64,000 nucleotides of DNA from Phaeosaccion multiseriatum. Lineage: Eukaryota; Protista; Ochrophyta, other classes. The first letter of the stretch is position 1. Each line of letters starts with the position of its first letter. The stretch spans positions 3,224,001 to 3,288,000 of the forward strand of contig OZ218955.1 in assembly GCA_965112735.1 (NCBI GenBank), read 5' to 3'. Position numbers and translations under genes: made by a program. Positions 61,310 through 64,000 of this stretch are shown here, piece by piece. Below the pieces are notes generated by a model. It saw nothing but the letters and a program-made list of their open reading frames with translations, had not been told where the DNA came from and searched no databases.

Positions 61310-62583
61310 CTCGGCGACGACTGGCCGCACGCGCGCACCCACACTGGCTGCCCCACAGCCAATCGTCCAATCGCCGACCCGACCCATTGTACCCGTCTAC
61401 GTACAGTACACCCACCGACATGGCACTGTATTTGTCTTTGGGTTGTGCTCTGGACCTTTGTTTGCGCCATTGTGCCTTCAACACCTCGACAAGTATGTGT
61501 GCCTTCGGCTCTTGCGCCCTGCGGGGGTGGGGCTTGCCTTGGTGAGATACGATTGGGGTATGGCGGGCTTGTTGCAAGTGCCCATACGCCTGTGGCCTCC
61601 TGCTGGCAGCGTACCCTCTACGCCTTAGGGCTTCCTCCTCCCCGACTCGTTTCCTCGTGGGTCACACTACCTCACGTGTTTAGTCAGTGGCAGCCACGCC
61701 AGCAAGGGAGTGAACCTTCCAGAAACAGCCGAACAGAGTAGAGATAGATACTTAAAAAATAGTGACATACAAATAGGAAATAACGCATGATGTTCTTCCC
61801 CACCTAAGCTCTCTGCCCGAAGTGATGGGGGCCGGCAAATCAGTCGCAATTTCTTCCCATATAACTCCATCACATGGCGGCGGGTGGCCGACGACTCAAA
61901 GTATCCGCCGATACGAACCAAAGCAGCGATACAACTAACTATACAACCATCCACATCGGATCTGAATTCACAGGTGTGTAACGGCAGGCATGTAACGGCA
62001 GGCGTTTCGCGGTAGGCGTGCCTCATTGGCCCTGCACCAGCTTCTGCTGCTCCTGCGTATCACCAACTGCTGCTGCTGTTGCTGCTCATGCTGCTGCTTG
62101 CCGCTGGTGACGTGTCTCTCTCTTCTTCCTCCCCCCCGCTCTCTCTCTCTCGCCTGTTTATACATCTCTCTCTCTCTCTCCTCTCTCTCTCTCAGCCCGT
62201 GTACGGAGGAGGAAGCGCCCCTCCGCCTTGTGCCTGGTCATAAGAAGGGGGGGGCGGGACACTGTCGAGCCACAGAGGCACGCACGCACGCACATGCATG
62301 AAGGGGACGGGGCGAGGGGAGAAGGGAATGGAAAAACGAAGGGCAGTGAGTGGGTGAAGAGGTGGTGTAACGAAAGACAGGAACGCACACACACACACAA
62401 ACACACACCTGCCTCTATTATCACAACCGCACGAAGTGTAGTGTCATCGAAAGCCCCGTTCCTTCCCTTTCTCCTTCCCTCCCTCCGTCCCCTCCCCCCC
62501 TCCCTCCCTCCGTCCGTCTGTCCCTCCCTTCCTCCGTCCGTCCGTCCCCTCCCTCCTCCCTCCCTTCTCTCCTCCAACCCCCC

Positions 62584-63586
<1,003 letters not shown>

Positions 63587-64000
63587 CTGAAGTGATGAGG
63601 GGGGCATCATTGTGGGAGAACGGATGATGGTGATAGGATGGCAGTGTATGGTGGTGGTGGTTATGGTGGTAGTAATGGTGGTGGTGGTGGTGGTGGTGGT
63701 GGTGGTGGTGGTAGCGGTAGTGGTAATGGTGGTGGTAGCAGTAGTAGTGATGGTGGTGGTGGTGGTGGTGGTGGTATTGGTAGTAATGGTGGTGGTGGTG
63801 GTGGTGGTGGTGGTGGTATTGGTAGTAATGGTGGTGGTGGTGGTGGGGGAAGAGGCGTGAGGCAGGAGGAGGTGAGGAGTGAAGACCTACCGCCGAGTAC
63901 TAAAAATGCATCGAATTGATGAGCTCAACCACCTCGAGAACGAAGTCGAAATGAAGCTGAAGCAAGCGCATGTCCACACTCCACATCAATCTACCCTCTT

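Larger units (their letters stand above)
3504..62068. repeat. Dispersed 12-mer GTATCACCAACT / AGTTGGTGATAC (extended consensus GCTGTATCACCAACTGC)
   Basis: Exact copies at ~3504, 12277, 36371, 37297, 37315, 38375, 45907, 46377, 48547 and 62057; an 11-mer at 9534; one-mismatch copies at 1942, 36230, 60681 and 61095. Confidence 0.85.

Overview
Eukaryotic, GC-rich, gene-dense nuclear DNA with GT-AG introns full of microsatellites. Several genes start with a signal peptide plus an (A/S)-F/W motif (EAF, DAF, GAF, SAW), typical of bipartite plastid targeting, so the source is most likely a photosynthetic stramenopile (ochrophyte) alga (inference). Genes assembled by hand from splice sites: 3' end of a PDZ-like protein, a large unknown plastid protein, anthranilate phosphoribosyltransferase (trpD), a SirB1/transglutaminase-like protein, trimethyllysine dioxygenase-like, a frizzled-like Cys-rich protein, two WRKY19-type Zn-finger proteins, FAD synthase, a plastid type-11 methyltransferase, gamma-butyrobetaine dioxygenase-like, proline iminopeptidase and the 3' end of a copine. 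Two things stand out. (1) An island at about 16-28 kb, bounded by PIF1/Helitron, foldback and non-LTR relics, hides a 23-exon micro-exon gene almost invisible to the ORF track. It encodes a secreted protein of about 731 aa: two Cys-rich modules, exon-encoded thrombospondin type-3 repeats and a GDP(M) VWD/root-cap-like domain. (2) A 12-mer, GTATCACCAACT, recurs at least 10 times exactly, in introns, flanks and three different reading frames of coding exons. All calls come from manual reading; no database searches were run.
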